Positions 62,720-64,000 of a DNA stretch of 64,000 bases are shown piece by piece. The stretch is from contig OY970067.1 of assembly GCA_963705305.1 (NCBI GenBank), forward strand, positions 576,001 to 640,000, in the 5' to 3' direction. The stretch comes from an uncultured Methylomirabilota bacterium. GTDB lineage: Bacteria > Methylomirabilota > Methylomirabilia > Methylomirabilales > 2-02-FULL-66-22. Position numbers and translations under genes: made by a program. The number at the start of each line of letters is the position of its first letter. Position 1 is the first letter of the stretch. A model generated the notes under the pieces. It ran no database searches. It saw only the letters and a list, made by a program, of their open reading frames with translations, and was not told where the DNA came from.

Positions 62720-63547
62720 ATGAGCTACGTCGAAGAGATGTTTGATCTCTCCGGAACCCGGGCCATCATCACGGGCGGGGCCGGCGCCATCGCCGGCGGC
62801 TTCGCCGAGGCTTTGCTCAAGGCTGGGACCACGGTGGCCCTGTGGGGGCATCGCCAGAGTACCATCGACGAGGCCGTCCAGCGGCTCTCCGGGGTCGTGC
62901 CGGAAGGCCGGGAAAGGCTGGCGGGGTTTCAGGCGGATACTGGAAAGGACTCGGACGTCCGGGCGGCCCTCGCCGCAACCGAGAAGGCCGTGGGACCCCC
63001 CAACCTCCTGATCAACGGAGTGGGCGGCACCGGAGGCCCCAAGGGCAAGTCGGCCTTCGCGGACACGGACATGGAGATCTTCGAGTCGGTCCTGAAGTTG
63101 AATGTCATCGCCGGCCTGATGATCCCCACCAAGCTGGTAGCCGCCTACTGGATCGAACGGAAGATCAAGGGCTCGATCATCAACATCACCTCCATGTCAT
63201 CCTATGTTCCGCTCTCCGGGGTGTGGGGTTACGGCGCCGCCAAGGCCGGCGTCCTCAACCTCACCCAGGCGGCGGCCAAGGAGTTCGCGCCCTACGGCAT
63301 TCGCGTCAATGCCATCGCGCCCGGATTCGTCATCGGGAAGCAGAACCGGGCCTTGCTCATCGACGAGAAGACCGGCGAGCTCACCGCGCGGGGCAAGGCC
63401 ATCATCGCTCACACCCCCTTCGGCCGCTTCAGTGAGGCGTCCGAGCTGGCGGGCGCCCTGTTGTTCCTGGCCAGCGAGAAGGCATCCGGTTTCGTCACCG
63501 GCATCTCGCTCCCCGTGGACGGGGGATACCTGGTCCACAACATCTGA
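62720..63547 (+). CDS. SDR oxidoreductase, D-mannonate oxidoreductase-like
   Basis: YGAAKAG, NAIAPGF...QNRALL, ARGKAIIAHTPFGRF motifs. Confidence 0.8.
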   Translation: MSYVEEMFDLSGTRAIITGGAGAIAGGFAEALLKAGTTVALWGHRQSTIDEAVQRLSGVVPEGRERLAGFQADTGKDSDVRAALAATEKAVGPPNLLINGVGGTGGPKGKSAFADTDMEIFESVLKLNVIAGLMIPTKLVAAYWIERKIKGSIINITSMSSYVPLSGVWGYGAAKAGVLNLTQAAAKEFAPYGIRVNAIAPGFVIGKQNRALLIDEKTGELTARGKAIIAHTPFGRFSEASELAGALLFLASEKASGFVTGISLPVDGGYLVHNI

Positions 63548-63599
63548 GAGCCGTGAGCGGACCCGTCGGCAGGCCGCGGACCGCGGGCTAGAGGATAGA

Positions 63600-64000
63600 A
63601 TGGCTGTCGAGAAAGGAAATCCAGGCTGGGACCTGAGCCTCCAAGAGGCCCAGCGGATCATCGCCCAGGGGACCCCGGAGGAGCTGGTGCGGGGCAAGCG
63701 CGTGCTGGTCCTGACCCCGGACACGACCCGGACCTGTCCGCTCCCCCGCATGGTCCGTGCCGTCCGGGAGACCCTCGGCGGGCTGGCCAGGCAGCTGGAC
63801 TTCATGGTCGCCCTGGGCTCGCACCGGCCGCTCCCGGAGGGGCAGATCCTGGCCCTCTACGGCATCACCCCCGAGGCGCGCGCCCGGGATTTCGCCGCGA
63901 CCCGCTTCCTGAACCACCGCTGGGACATTCCCGGGACGCTGGTGAAACTGGGGACGATCACGGCCGACGAGATCGCCGCCCTCACCGGCGGCCTCTTCCG
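63600..64000 (+). CDS. LarA (lactate racemase) family protein, partial
   Basis: Hand translation: RVLVLTPDTTRT...VALGSHRPL...NHRWD; runs off the window end. Confidence 0.85.
   Translation, partial: MAVEKGNPGWDLSLQEAQRIIAQGTPEELVRGKRVLVLTPDTTRTCPLPRMVRAVRETLGGLARQLDFMVALGSHRPLPEGQILALYGITPEARARDFAATRFLNHRWDIPGTLVKLGTITADEIAALTGGLF

Overview
A GC-rich bacterial chromosome segment with no rRNA, tRNA, CRISPR array or intact transposase visible. It has four blocks. (1) 1-12.3 kb is housekeeping: proS, ispG, rseP, dxr, ftsB, eno, a phosphohexomutase-fold gene that has lost its catalytic motifs, and alr on the minus strand, then a divergent CIRCE-controlled groES-groEL. (2) 13.4-28.4 kb is a potassium-homeostasis island: two TrkA/RCK genes with no TrkH in the window, two KimA-like and one more distant APC transporter, a HAMP-PAS kinase with an atypical response regulator, and kdpE plus an N-terminally truncated kdpD, with no kdpABC. 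(3) 29-38 kb is a probable oxalate-use locus: a FadR regulator, a three-subunit oxalate-oxidoreductase-like enzyme (YPIRP motif) and two tandem OxlT-like MFS transporters. Each transporter is preceded by its own sigma70-like promoter and a homologous ~127-codon membrane-anchored leader ORF ending in DPA-stop; the first copy is frameshifted and absent from the ORF track. (4) 38-64 kb is organic/sugar-acid catabolism (TRAP, CoA-transferase, SDRs, Gfo/Idh/MocA, IolB-like, Ldh_2, MCD, gnd-SDR-LarA). It is punctuated by inverted heptamer-repeat arrays, one of which encloses a four-helix-bundle pseudogene, and by a 147-bp MITE-like element. Several frameshifts may be sequencing errors. All family assignments come from motif recognition by eye, not from database searches.
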